Source: an uncultured Clostridia bacterium (GTDB lineage: Bacteria > Bacillota > Clostridia > TANB77 > CAG-508). Taken from it: a stretch of 64,000 nucleotides of DNA. A model generated the notes under the pieces. That model saw nothing but the letters and a program-made list of their open reading frames with translations. It was not told where the DNA came from and searched no databases. Below are positions 9,639 to 19,515 of the stretch, in pieces (positions within the stretch are counted from its first letter, which is position 1; every line of letters starts with the position of its first letter). Location: NCBI GenBank assembly GCA_934129895.1, contig CAKOWY010000001.1, positions 272,788 through 336,787 on the forward strand, in the 5' to 3' direction. A program made the position numbers and the translations under genes.

Positions 9639-10763
9639 TTATTTTCCACCTTTTACTATTTTTTTAATCTCTGTATATATTTTTTCTTGTACATTTTTTA
9701 CTGATTTAGTAGATGCTTTTTCTCCCATTTCTTTCATTTTTTCTTTGTTTGAAGCTATTTCTATTATTTCTTTATTTAATATGTCTTTTTCTAATTTATC
9801 ATTTAATATAATTTGTGCTGCACCTATTTTTTGTAATACCTCTGCATTTCTTAATTGATGATCTTGGCTTACATTTGGAAGTGGTATTAATATTGATGGC
9901 TTTTCTAAATTTGAAATTTCTGTTATTGTCATTGCCCCACTTCTTGCTACTATTATATCTGAAATATTCATTATTTCTTCCATATTATAAATATATGGAA
10001 GAATTTTTGCATTTTCCACTTTTTCTATATCTATTGAAGATTTTTTTAATTCTTCTTTTACAATATCATATTGTTTTGGTCCAGTTGCCCAAACTATTTG
10101 GTATTTCTGATTTAGTTTTTCTTTTAATATTCCAATAACTGCCTCATTTATCTTTTGAGCTCCTTGACTTCCTCCAAATATCAAAACAATTGGTGAACTT
10201 TCTGTTAATCCTAATTCATCTAGAATTTTATTTTTTTGTTCACTTGAAAATTCTCGTTTTTGGATTTTTACTGGTGTTCCTGTAAAAACAATTTTTTTGG
10301 CATTATGTATTCTTTCTCTTGCTTCTTCAAATGATATTAATACAACATCCGCTTTTTTAGCAAGAAATTTTACTGCTTTTCCAGGAAAAGCATTACTTTC
10401 ATGTAATGCTACTGGTATATTTTCTTTTTTTGCAGCCCATACTACTGGTCCACAAATATATCCTCCTGCTCCTATTACTACATCTGGTTTAAATTCTTTT
10501 ATGATTTTTCTTGCTTTTGATGTTGCTTTTAATGTTTCACACATTTTTTTCATATTATCAATTGAAATTTTTTTACTTAATCCATAAGCTTCTATTGTTT
10601 TTAATTTATATCCAGCACGAGGTACTAAATCATTTTCTAAACCTCGTGTTGTTCCAATAAAAATTATTTCTGAATCTTTTTCTTCTTCTTTTATTTTATT
10701 CGCTATAGCTAAACCTGGATTTATATGTCCTCCTGTTCCAGCTGCTGCAACAATAACTCTCAT
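9639..10763 (-). CDS. murG: UDP-N-acetylglucosamine--N-acetylmuramyl-(pentapeptide) pyrophosphoryl-undecaprenol GlcNAc transferase
   Basis: MRVIVAAAGTGGHINPGLAIA is the MurG N-terminal signature, and the whole protein follows the GT28 architecture. Confidence 0.9.
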   Translation of the reverse strand: MRVIVAAAGTGGHINPGLAIANKIKEEEKDSEIIFIGTTRGLENDLVPRAGYKLKTIEAYGLSKKISIDNMKKMCETLKATSKARKIIKEFKPDVVIGAGGYICGPVVWAAKKENIPVALHESNAFPGKAVKFLAKKADVVLISFEEARERIHNAKKIVFTGTPVKIQKREFSSEQKNKILDELGLTESSPIVLIFGGSQGAQKINEAVIGILKEKLNQKYQIVWATGPKQYDIVKEELKKSSIDIEKVENAKILPYIYNMEEIMNISDIIVARSGAMTITEISNLEKPSILIPLPNVSQDHQLRNAEVLQKIGAAQIILNDKLEKDILNKEIIEIASNKEKMKEMGEKASTKSVKNVQEKIYTEIKKIVKGGK

Positions 10764-10785
10764 TTTTATTTTCCTCTTTTCTAAT

Positions 10786-11961
10786 TTATTGCTTTAAACT
10801 AGCTCTAGAAATATTAAGCAGTACTCCCATTTCGCAAAGCAATAAGAATAATGCCGTTCCTCCATAACTGAAAAATGGTAATTGCATTCCTGTTACAGGC
10901 ATTGATGATGTTACTACTGCAACATTTATTAATACCTGAACTCCTACTAAAGCTGTTATTCCAATTGCAACCAAACTTCCAAACATATCTGGAGCTTTCA
11001 TTGCAATTAGTACACCTCTCCAAATAAATATTGCAAATAATAAAAATACTACTAAACATCCAACAAATCCTAATTCTTCTGCTAATACTGCAAAAATAAA
11101 GTCGTTATGTGGTTCTGAAAGATATAAATATTTTTGTTTACTTTCACCTAATCCAACTCCAAATAATCCTCCTGAGCCTATTGCATATAAACTTTGAATT
11201 ATTTGCCAACCACTATCTGTAGCATCTTTCCAAGGATCTGTGAATGTTATTACTCTTGTTACTATATATTGGAATTTATTTCTAAATGTTTCACTCACAA
11301 AATAAAGAACTGTAGCAATTCCTCCACCAGTGCCTCCAACTACTAAACCAGAGACAAGAAACTGCCAAAATTTACATCCTGCCATTATCATCATAATGCA
11401 ACAAACTATTATTATTACAAGTGATGTACTAACATGTGGTTCTAATAGTAATAGTCCTATTATTGGAATTAAGAACAATAAATTATATACAATTCCCTTC
11501 CAAAACTTTCCTAATATTTCTCTATTTTTTACAAGCATTTCTGCATAAAATATTATTATTAAAAATTTTACAATTTCAGACGGCTGAAATGAAAATATCT
11601 TTAAATCTATCCATCTTTTTGCACCATGACTGTCACTTCCAAATAAAAAAACTGCACATAATAATATTATTGACACAATATAAGCAATTTTGTAAAATTT
11701 TTGATAAATTCTATAATCTATTTTGGATATAAACCACATCATAAAAATTCCTGCAATAGCAAAACCTAATTGCTTTACAAAAAATTTATAACTAGTTCCA
11801 TATTTTTGTGCAGATGATGGTGCGCTTGCAGAAAGTACCATTATTAATCCTATAGAAAGTAATATTAAAATTGTTATTAACAATGTGAAATCTACAGAAT
11901 TATTCAAAAAACTAGAAAATCCTTTTACTTCCTGTTTATTTGTTTCTTTCTTTCTTGCCAT
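10786..11961 (-). CDS. SEDS-family peptidoglycan glycosyltransferase (FtsW/SpoVE/RodA)
   Basis: It is a polytopic SEDS protein sitting between mraY and murG, which in B. subtilis is the spoVE/ftsW position. Confidence 0.8.
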   Translation of the reverse strand: MARKKETNKQEVKGFSSFLNNSVDFTLLITILILLSIGLIMVLSASAPSSAQKYGTSYKFFVKQLGFAIAGIFMMWFISKIDYRIYQKFYKIAYIVSIILLCAVFLFGSDSHGAKRWIDLKIFSFQPSEIVKFLIIIFYAEMLVKNREILGKFWKGIVYNLLFLIPIIGLLLLEPHVSTSLVIIIVCCIMMIMAGCKFWQFLVSGLVVGGTGGGIATVLYFVSETFRNKFQYIVTRVITFTDPWKDATDSGWQIIQSLYAIGSGGLFGVGLGESKQKYLYLSEPHNDFIFAVLAEELGFVGCLVVFLLFAIFIWRGVLIAMKAPDMFGSLVAIGITALVGVQVLINVAVVTSSMPVTGMQLPFFSYGGTALFLLLCEMGVLLNISRASLKQ

Positions 11962-11996
11962 TTAAGCACATTTCCTTTCTTATGTTTAATAACTTT

Positions 11997-12983
11997 TTAT
12001 ATAATCTTTAGTCCAATTATACAAGCTAATAATGTTATTATACTAAATGTCATTACAACTTGATTTTCTCTCCATCCTGATAATTCAAAATGATGATGAA
12101 GTGGTGCCATTTTAAATACTCTTTTTCCTGTTTTCTTGAATACTGCAACTTGAATAATTACTGATAATGTTTCCAAAACTGGTATAATTGCAATAATTAA
12201 TAATAATAATGGCATTTTTAAGTATAATGCAATTCCAGATACAACACCTCCTAAAAACAGTGAGCCTGTATCTCCCATAAATGCTTTTGCAGGATATATA
12301 TTAAACATTAAAAATCCTAATGTTGCGCCTATAACTATTGCACCAAACACTACTATTTCTTTTATTCCAAACATTGTTGCTATAATTGTTAAACATGTAA
12401 TTATAATTGTACTTACACTTGATGATAATCCATCTATTCCATCTGTTAAGTTTATTGCATTTGTTGTTGCAAGTATTACTATAATTGCAAATGGTATATA
12501 TAACCATATTGGCATTGTTACATATTTATTAGCAAATGGTATATATGTTTCTGTCCCTATTTTTAGTCCCCATACTAAATATGCTACAAATGCAATTGAT
12601 ATTATAAGTAGTCCTAACATTTTTAGCTTTGGTTTTAATCCTTCTGTACTTTTTAGTACTAATTTTTTGAAATCGTCTATAAATCCTATAATTCCAAATC
12701 CTGTTGTTAAACATAATATTGGAATTAAATGTTTTGCAAGATTTGCATCTTTCACTTTATAATACATATAAGCTACTATTGTTATAATTATTATACCTAA
12801 CATTATAATAATTCCACCCATTGTTGGTGTTCCTTGTTTTTTTAAATGTGATTGTGGTCCATCTGTTCTTTCTATTTGACCTACTTTTAGTTTTCTTAAT
12901 ATTGGTACTATTATTAATCCAAGCAGTACTGTTACTGCAAATGTTCCTAATAGCATTTTTGTTTGAAAATCCACTTTTATCAA
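11997..12983 (-). CDS. mraY: phospho-N-acetylmuramoyl-pentapeptide transferase
   Basis: The MraY motifs NLTDGIDGL and HHHFE are present, with about 10 TM segments. Confidence 0.9.
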   Translation of the reverse strand: MIKVDFQTKMLLGTFAVTVLLGLIIVPILRKLKVGQIERTDGPQSHLKKQGTPTMGGIIIMLGIIIITIVAYMYYKVKDANLAKHLIPILCLTTGFGIIGFIDDFKKLVLKSTEGLKPKLKMLGLLIISIAFVAYLVWGLKIGTETYIPFANKYVTMPIWLYIPFAIIVILATTNAINLTDGIDGLSSSVSTIIITCLTIIATMFGIKEIVVFGAIVIGATLGFLMFNIYPAKAFMGDTGSLFLGGVVSGIALYLKMPLLLLIIAIIPVLETLSVIIQVAVFKKTGKRVFKMAPLHHHFELSGWRENQVVMTFSIITLLACIIGLKII

Positions 12984-13000
12984 CCTTTCTTCTGTTTTAT

Positions 13001-14464
13001 TTATCCTATAATTTCTTTTACTATTATTCTTTCGTCAAATGGATATTTTGTTCCATTTATTTCTTGATATGGTTCATGACCTTTTCCTGCAAGTACTATT
13101 ATATCTAGTTTGTTTGCCATTTCTATTGCTTCTTTTATTGCTTCTTTTCTGTCTACTACTACTTTATATTTTCCGTTTGTTTTTTTCATTCCTTCTTCAA
13201 TTTCTTTTACTATTTCTTCAGGCTCTTCTGTACGAGGATTATCTGTTGTTATAAATGTAAAGTCTGCTATTTTTCCTGATATTTCTCCCATTAATGGTCT
13301 TTTTCCTTTATCTCTATCTCCTCCACATCCAAATACAGATATTACTCTTCCTCTTGTATAGCTTTTTACTGCTGATAATATATTTTGTAAACTTTCTGGT
13401 GAATGTGCATAATCTATCATTATTGGTATTTCTTTTTTATTTGGTACCATTTCAGATCTTCCTGGTACTTTTATTTCTGCTAATGCTTCTATTACTTTGT
13501 CTGATGCTATTCCTAATTTTTTTGCTACACATATTGCTGCAAGTGCATTATATACACTAAATCTACCTGGAATATCTACTTTTACTCTTTCATTTCTGTC
13601 AGATACTTTTACTCTAAAATCTACATAAGAATTTGTTATTGTTATGTCTTTTGCTAATACTTCACAATAATTGTCTATTCCGTAAGTCATTATATTATTT
13701 TCTGGTAATAATCTTGGTATTTTTGATACTTGTAAATCATCAACATTTATTATTCCATTGTCACACATTTTGAATAGTTTTAATTTTGATTCAAAATAGT
13801 CTTTCATATCTGGATGTTCTTTTTCACTAATATGATCTTCTGAAAAGTTTGTAAATACTACTATATCAAAATTGCATCCATCTACTCTATGTAGTTTTAA
13901 GCTTTGTGATGATACTTCCATTACTACATATTCAACACCTACTTCTACCATTTGTGCAAATGTTTTTTGTAATTCTATACTTTCTGGTGTTGTTCTTGCA
14001 CTTTCTGATATCATTTTTCCGTTTATATATGTTGCTATTGTTCCTATTAATCCAACTTTATGTCCTGCTTTTTCTAATATTTCTTTAATCATATATGTTG
14101 TTGTTGTTTTTCCTTTTGTTCCTGTTACTCCTATTAATTTGAATTTTCTTGATGGATTTCCGTAGAAATTGCAACTACATATTGCTAATGCTTCTCTTGT
14201 GTCTTTTGCCATAATTATTGTTACATCTGCTGGTAATTTAATTTTTTTCAAGTCACAGCCTTCTTGAACCATTACTACTTTTGCTCCTGCTTCTATTGCA
14301 TTGTTTATATAGTCATGACCGTCTACACTATAACCTTTTATTGCTATAAACATATATCCTTCTTTTATGTTTTTTGAGTTACTTTCTAGTCCTGTTATGT
14401 CTAAGTCAAGGTTTCCTTTTGCTTTTAGTCCTTCTAATCCTACTAATATTTTCTTTAATTCCAT
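13001..14464 (-). CDS. murE: UDP-N-acetylmuramoyl-L-alanyl-D-glutamate--2,6-diaminopimelate ligase
   Basis: It has a Mur ligase P-loop (GVTGTKGKTTTTYMI) and a DNPR motif. The ATG at 14462-14464 has an AAAGGAG RBS, whereas the track start at 14521 is probably over-extended. Confidence 0.85.
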   Translation of the reverse strand: MELKKILVGLEGLKAKGNLDLDITGLESNSKNIKEGYMFIAIKGYSVDGHDYINNAIEAGAKVVMVQEGCDLKKIKLPADVTIIMAKDTREALAICSCNFYGNPSRKFKLIGVTGTKGKTTTTYMIKEILEKAGHKVGLIGTIATYINGKMISESARTTPESIELQKTFAQMVEVGVEYVVMEVSSQSLKLHRVDGCNFDIVVFTNFSEDHISEKEHPDMKDYFESKLKLFKMCDNGIINVDDLQVSKIPRLLPENNIMTYGIDNYCEVLAKDITITNSYVDFRVKVSDRNERVKVDIPGRFSVYNALAAICVAKKLGIASDKVIEALAEIKVPGRSEMVPNKKEIPIMIDYAHSPESLQNILSAVKSYTRGRVISVFGCGGDRDKGKRPLMGEISGKIADFTFITTDNPRTEEPEEIVKEIEEGMKKTNGKYKVVVDRKEAIKEAIEMANKLDIIVLAGKGHEPYQEINGTKYPFDERIIVKEIIG

Positions 14465-14585
14465 ATTTTTCTCCTTTTGCCTACTCTTTTTTATAGGCTC
14501 TAATATAAGGGATTTTGTCAATTGCCATTCCTCCCATTATCGCATACATTATATAACTATTTTTTTATTTTGTATAGTAAATTCT

Positions 14586-14626
14586 AAAAAATCACTTAAT
14601 AAATTTTATTAAGTGATTTTTTGTTT
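14586..14626 (-). terminator. Rho-independent terminator after the oxidoreductase operon
   Basis: Near-perfect palindrome AAAAAATCACTTAATAAA/TTTATTAAGTGATTTTTT flanked by A and T runs, 10 nt 3' of the beta-subunit stop. Confidence 0.6.
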
Positions 14627-14635
14627 TATTCATTA

Positions 14636-15586
14636 TTATTTATTAGTAATTTCTTCTAATTCCAAAAGTTCATTCCATCTCTTATCAACTTCTTTTTGGA
14701 ATTCTTCTATCATCCACTCATTTCCAGGTTTAAACATGTGTTTAAAACGTTTTTGTGGACGTAAGAATTCTTCTACTGGTAATTTTTTTGCTGGTTTATA
14801 TGTTATATGATATTTTCCATCAACAACTTCATATAATGGCCAATAACATGTATCTGCAGCTAATTTATTGATTTTCATTAAATCTTCTGTTGCATATCCC
14901 CAACCTCTTGGACATGGTGCCATAACATTTAAAAATGCTGGTCCTTTTGTATAAATTGCTTTTTCAGATTTTTCATATAAATCTTTAAAATTTGTCATCG
15001 CAAGTGTTTGTGCAACATAAGGAATATGGTGATCTGCCATGATTTTTGTTAAATCTTTTCTTATTTGCATCTTTCCAGGAATAACTTTTCCTGCTGGTGA
15101 TGTTGTTGTGTCAGCAAATTTTGGAGTTGCTGATGATCTTTGAATTCCTGTGTTCATATATGCTCCATTATCATAACATACATAAACCATATCATGTCCT
15201 CTTTCCATTGCTCCTGATAAACTTTGTAAACCTATATCATAAGTTCCACCATCTCCACCAAATGCTATAAATTTTGTGTCTTTATCTTGTGGTAATTTTC
15301 CTTGTTTTTTTAAGGCTTTATATGCCGCTTCTGCACCAGAACATGTTGCACCAGCATTTTCAAATGCTGTGTGTATAAATGAATCTGTCCATGCTGTATA
15401 TGGATATATAAATGTTGATACTTCCATACATCCAGTTGCATTTGCTATAACAGCATGATCTTCTGGTTTTAATGCTCTTAATACCATTCTTGCTACTACT
15501 GGGGCTCCACATCCTGCACACATTCTGTGTCCTTCTGTGAATCTTGATGGCTTTTCTGCCATTATCTTCTTTAAATCATAAGCCAT
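14636..15586 (-). CDS. 2-oxoacid:ferredoxin oxidoreductase beta subunit (TPP-binding; PorB/VorB-like)
   Basis: The TPP-binding signature GDGG is present. It shows the Cys cluster CAGCGAP and is typical of POR/VOR beta subunits. Confidence 0.8.
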   Translation of the reverse strand: MAYDLKKIMAEKPSRFTEGHRMCAGCGAPVVARMVLRALKPEDHAVIANATGCMEVSTFIYPYTAWTDSFIHTAFENAGATCSGAEAAYKALKKQGKLPQDKDTKFIAFGGDGGTYDIGLQSLSGAMERGHDMVYVCYDNGAYMNTGIQRSSATPKFADTTTSPAGKVIPGKMQIRKDLTKIMADHHIPYVAQTLAMTNFKDLYEKSEKAIYTKGPAFLNVMAPCPRGWGYATEDLMKINKLAADTCYWPLYEVVDGKYHITYKPAKKLPVEEFLRPQKRFKHMFKPGNEWMIEEFQKEVDKRWNELLELEEITNK

Positions 15587-15587
15587 T

Positions 15588-16778
15588 TTATTCTTCCCCC
15601 TTTCTTAGTCCTAAATATCTATATGGATTTCCTGTCTCTCCTGTTTTTACTATTTCTTGTAAATCTTTATATACAGATTCTATTTGCATTGTTGTTGTAT
15701 CTCTTCCACCAATTCCATAAATATAATTTACCATTGGTACTTGTTTTTTATTAACATACATTGCTGATGTTACATCTTCAAATAATGCTCCACCTGCTGC
15801 ATTTAATGAATCTGCTTTATCAAGTATTGCTACTGCTTTTAATCCTTGTAATGCTTCTGCAATTTCTTCTGCTGGGAATGGTCTAAACATTCTTAATTTT
15901 AATAATCCTGCTTTTACACCTTTTTCTCTTAATTCATCAACAACTGCTTTTGTTGTTCCTGCTGTTGAATTCATACATACTATTGCTATTTCTGCATCAT
16001 CTAATTTATATTTTTCAAAGAATTCATATTTTCTTCCTGTCCATTTTTCAAATTCTTCTGCAACTTCTTTTATTACTTTTTTAGCATTTTTCATTGCTTC
16101 TGCTTGTTGAGCCTTATGTTCAAATAAATATGCTTGCAAATCTAATGGTCCAATTGCTATTGGCTCTTTATCATTTAATAAATAATGTTCTGGTTTATAT
16201 TGTCCAACAAATTTCTTTACTTCTTCATCATTTTCTAATTCAATATTTTCAATTGAATGTGATGTAATAAATCCATCTTGGCATACCATTACTGGTAATT
16301 GAACATCTTTATGTTCTGCAATTCTATGTGCCATTAACATATTATCATAAGCTTCTTGGTTATTTTCTGAAAATAACATTATCCATCCAGCATCTCTTAC
16401 TCCCATTGCATCTGAATGATCATTATGGATATTTAATGGTCCTGAAACTGCTCTATTTACTAATGCCATTACTATTGGTAATCTTAAACTTGATGCTATA
16501 TATATCATTTCCCACATTAATGATAATCCGTTTGCAGATGTAGCTGTCATTGCTCTTGCTCCAGCAGCTTCTGCACCAATTGTTGCAGACATTGCACTAT
16601 GTTCACTTTCAACTGCAACAAATTCTGTATCTACTTCTCCATTTGATACAAATGTTGAAAAATATTGTGGTATTTCTGTAGATGGTGTAATTGGGAATGC
16701 TGCAACTACATCTGGATTTATTTGTTTCATTGCTATTGCTGTTGCTTCATTTCCGCTTAATCTTTCTCTTATACTCAT
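15588..16778 (-). CDS. 2-oxoacid:ferredoxin oxidoreductase alpha subunit (PorA/VorA-like)
   Basis: It has the pyruvate-flavodoxin/ferredoxin oxidoreductase N-terminal domain. Only a 1-nt gap separates it from the beta-subunit gene. Confidence 0.8.
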   Translation of the reverse strand: MSIRERLSGNEATAIAMKQINPDVVAAFPITPSTEIPQYFSTFVSNGEVDTEFVAVESEHSAMSATIGAEAAGARAMTATSANGLSLMWEMIYIASSLRLPIVMALVNRAVSGPLNIHNDHSDAMGVRDAGWIMLFSENNQEAYDNMLMAHRIAEHKDVQLPVMVCQDGFITSHSIENIELENDEEVKKFVGQYKPEHYLLNDKEPIAIGPLDLQAYLFEHKAQQAEAMKNAKKVIKEVAEEFEKWTGRKYEFFEKYKLDDAEIAIVCMNSTAGTTKAVVDELREKGVKAGLLKLRMFRPFPAEEIAEALQGLKAVAILDKADSLNAAGGALFEDVTSAMYVNKKQVPMVNYIYGIGGRDTTTMQIESVYKDLQEIVKTGETGNPYRYLGLRKGEE

Positions 16779-16812
16779 TTTTTTATTTCCTTTCTAAATT
16801 TTGATTTTTTTA

Positions 16813-17103
16813 TTATTCAACTTTCATTTCTATTGCTTTAAATGGACATACTTGTGCACATACTCCACATCCTTTACAATAGTCAAAATCTGTTTCTGTT
16901 CTTTTACAATCTTTTCCTACTGGTATTGAATTATCTGGACATACTGCAAAACATAATCCACATTGTTTACACTTTTCTTCATACCATACAGGTTTCATAC
17001 TTCTCCAGTCACCTGTTTTAAATTCTCTTGCATTTCCTGCACAATATATGTTTCCACCAATTGTTAAGTCTTTCATTGGTGTTTCTTTGTTTATTTCTGT
17101 CAT
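16813..17103 (-). CDS. 2-oxoacid:ferredoxin oxidoreductase delta subunit (2x[4Fe-4S] ferredoxin)
   Basis: It carries two CxxCxxCxxxCP motifs (CKQCGLCFAVCP and CKGCGVCAQVCP). Confidence 0.8.
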   Translation of the reverse strand: MTEINKETPMKDLTIGGNIYCAGNAREFKTGDWRSMKPVWYEEKCKQCGLCFAVCPDNSIPVGKDCKRTETDFDYCKGCGVCAQVCPFKAIEMKVE

Positions 17104-17125
17104 CTTTCAGCCCTCCTTTTTTATT

Positions 17126-17707
17126 TTATTGGATTTTTGTTACTTCTTTTAATGCTAATTCTAATGCTTTCATATTTCCTTCTATAACTTCTGGCTTTTT
17201 AGCAAATTTGTGTTTGAATGAACCTTTCATATCTTCTAAAAATGCTTCATCACTCATTATTCCTGTTACTTTTACAATTGCTGCAAGCATTGGTGTATTA
17301 GGAAAATATTTTCCTAATGTTTCTTCTGACACTTTTCTTGCATCTATTGTATAAATATTTCCATCATATCCATTTAATTTTTCTTTTAAATATTCTGGTG
17401 ATTTTGTAGTATTTATTACTATTGCTCCTTCTTTTTTTAGCCCTGCAGTTACTGGTACACTTTCTAGTAATGTATCGTCTACAACTACTACATAATTTGG
17501 CTCATATATATTACTATGTATTGTTATTGGTTTATCACTTATTCTATTATAGGCTGTTATTGGTGCTCCCATTCTTTCTGGTCCATATTCTGGAAATCCT
17601 TGAATGTATTTTCCTGTATTAAATGCTGCATCAGCAAGTAATAATGATGCTGTTTTTGCTCCTTGTCCGCCTCTACCATGCCATCTAATTTCTATTAAAT
17701 TGTTCAT
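17126..17707 (-). CDS. 2-oxoacid:ferredoxin oxidoreductase gamma subunit
   Basis: It has the POR gamma-subunit family pattern (IRWHGRGGQG...ITAYNRIS), and an AGGAGG RBS is present. Confidence 0.8.
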   Translation of the reverse strand: MNNLIEIRWHGRGGQGAKTASLLLADAAFNTGKYIQGFPEYGPERMGAPITAYNRISDKPITIHSNIYEPNYVVVVDDTLLESVPVTAGLKKEGAIVINTTKSPEYLKEKLNGYDGNIYTIDARKVSEETLGKYFPNTPMLAAIVKVTGIMSDEAFLEDMKGSFKHKFAKKPEVIEGNMKALELALKEVTKIQ

Positions 17708-17745
17708 GTTTTTCCTCCTTTAATTTCTATATTATATATAGAATT

Positions 17746-17774
17746 TACTTCATAAAGTATATTCTCTTTTACAT
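17746..17774 (-). promoter_or_regulatory. putative sigma-A promoter of the oxidoreductase operon
   Basis: On the minus strand it reads TTGACA-N17-TATACT, with the -35 at 17769-17774 and the -10 at 17746-17751, about 40 nt upstream of the gamma-subunit start. Confidence 0.4.
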
Positions 17775-17894
17775 TTATTGTCAAGTTAATTTTACGACCA
17801 AAAGGTCAAAAAAATAAACAAAAAACCATTATTCTAACAGTTTCTTGTCTACTACTTCGGTCATATTAAATACAACTAATTTATTTTTTATTAG

Positions 17895-18539
17895 TTATTG
17901 TAATGCTTTTATTTCTTCTCTTAATTCTGCTATTCTCCCTTTTCTACTTTTTATTTGTTCACTTATCCTTTCTATTTCAACCATAAAACAAACTTCATCT
18001 TGTGAGCTTTCGTAAAATTCTGCGTTTTTTTCAAAGAATATGTCTATAACTCTTCCTATATTTAAATCTTTTAAACCGTTATCATATACTAATCCACGTA
18101 CATTAGAATATTCAACCAACTGATAAAAAAAACAATATTTAGGTCCTTTGCACCTCTTTTTTAAGTATTGTTTGTCACAACCTACATTTTTTTTACCATA
18201 ATCACATTTTATTTCTTCTATGTTTATATATAAATCTAATGGATTACATATACGTGAATTTTTTCGCAAAACTTCGTCAAGAGATAATCTCATACTTGTT
18301 ATTCCTTCTTGCATTCCACAAGGAGGAATTAATAAAAGTTCCTGTTTATTTTCTTCATCTGCCAATCTCCATTCTATACTGCCATTTGTTTCCGGACATT
18401 TTAATTCCAAATTTTTATGTTGCTTTAAAATTTCATATAAACTTATCCTTGGCTCAATTTTAGAACAAAACGGACATAGAAAACTAGATATATCAAATGC
18501 CCTTATGAATACTCTTTCTGAATTAAGAATATCATTCAT
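17895..18539 (-). CDS. hypothetical Cys-rich protein with C-terminal coiled coil (paralogue of the next gene)
   Basis: MNDILNSERVFIRAFDISSFLCPFCSKI... is followed by further Cys pairs and a C-terminal RIAELREEIKALQ segment. It has an AAAGAGGA RBS, and its ATG overlaps the upstream gene's stop by 8 nt. Confidence 0.6.
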   Translation of the reverse strand: MNDILNSERVFIRAFDISSFLCPFCSKIEPRISLYEILKQHKNLELKCPETNGSIEWRLADEENKQELLLIPPCGMQEGITSMRLSLDEVLRKNSRICNPLDLYINIEEIKCDYGKKNVGCDKQYLKKRCKGPKYCFFYQLVEYSNVRGLVYDNGLKDLNIGRVIDIFFEKNAEFYESSQDEVCFMVEIERISEQIKSRKGRIAELREEIKALQ

Positions 18540-19341
18540 TATCTGAATCCTCTTTCATAAATATGATATTTCTCTTACTCGAATATTTTTTCATAGGTTG
18601 TATTATTGGTTGTTCTGTAGGAACTTTATCTTTTTGACTTTGATTAGATACCTTCTTTCTTTTGGTCGAAGTTGATGACTTTTTACTTTTTGGGCTTTTA
18701 GCAACACTAGTTTTTTGAATCTCCTCTTTTTGAACTTGTTTAGACTCATCTACTTGTGAATTGATCTTTTCTTTTTCTTGAGCTTCCTTTTTTAATATTG
18801 CTAATTGACTCTCTAATTCTTGTTCTTCTATCTTTAATCTTTCTTCCTCTTTTCTTAATCTTTCAAGATAAAAAGTAGTTGAACATTGTTTATATTCTTC
18901 TGGATCAAATTCAAATGCCAATTGTATTGTTCTTGGTGATTTACAATACTTTCGATTTGCACAATTGTATTTATCACATTTTAAAGCTTTAGGAATAAGA
19001 TATACTCTTGGTTCATCTGGTGCTTCTTTGATATCATATCCAGATTGATATACTGATAAACAACAATTTTTAAAGCAAATTTTTGCATAAATACATGGCA
19101 AAAATAAGCCTGCTCCTTCTGAATAAGCTAATTTTATTACTAGATAAACTCCAGCTTCATACTCCTCCTCTGAAATTTCATCACAACTCAAATAAATTTT
19201 AAATTCATTGTAACGATCTGAAATATAACGTGAACTGTACTGCCCTTCAATTGAACTTATTCTTGAATTCCAATCATGCCATTTTCCACAGTAAGGACAT
19301 AAAAATCGCTTGATTTTGCAATTCAATAAACTTATATTCAT
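18532..19341 (-). CDS. hypothetical Cys-rich protein with coiled coil and Lys/Ser-rich tail (paralogue of the previous gene)
   Basis: It most likely starts at the ATG at 19339-19341 (MNISLLNCKIKRFLCPYCGKW), which has a GGAGG RBS. The track start at 19407 is a TTG. It shares with its neighbour the MN..L....FLCP(Y/F)C(G/S)K N-terminus and the same domain order. Confidence 0.6.
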   Translation of the reverse strand: MNISLLNCKIKRFLCPYCGKWHDWNSRISSIEGQYSSRYISDRYNEFKIYLSCDEISEEEYEAGVYLVIKLAYSEGAGLFLPCIYAKICFKNCCLSVYQSGYDIKEAPDEPRVYLIPKALKCDKYNCANRKYCKSPRTIQLAFEFDPEEYKQCSTTFYLERLRKEEERLKIEEQELESQLAILKKEAQEKEKINSQVDESKQVQKEEIQKTSVAKSPKSKKSSTSTKRKKVSNQSQKDKVPTEQPIIQPMKKYSSKRNIIFMKEDSDNE

Positions 19342-19515
19342 TCTGCTTCCTCCATAACTAATATTTCTCATTTGTAAAGTATCATCTAAGCTACTTATCT
19401 CAGACAATTCTTACATTTTTTCAGCGCATGTTATATTACAATTTTGATATTTTGCAAATCTATTATGTTTATTCAAAAAATAAAGATAAGTTATAAAACT
19501 TTTGATTTTACTAAC

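Noticed and set aside
1577-13560. Many plus-strand ORFs (for example 1577-1894, 2196-2465, 3786-4274, 4758-5045, 5298-5840, 6030-6542, 9041-9628, 9815-10138, 13039-13560) overlapping long minus-strand genes.
   Set aside because: They are Leu/Phe/Ile-rich low-complexity translations of the antisense strand of AT-rich coding sequence. They have no RBS and lie entirely inside well-supported genes, so they are spurious.
17791-17815. GACCAAAAGGTC mini-palindrome followed by an A-run, downstream of the Cys-rich gene array.
   Set aside because: A 4-bp stem is too short for a credible terminator. It may be part of the oxidoreductase promoter region instead.
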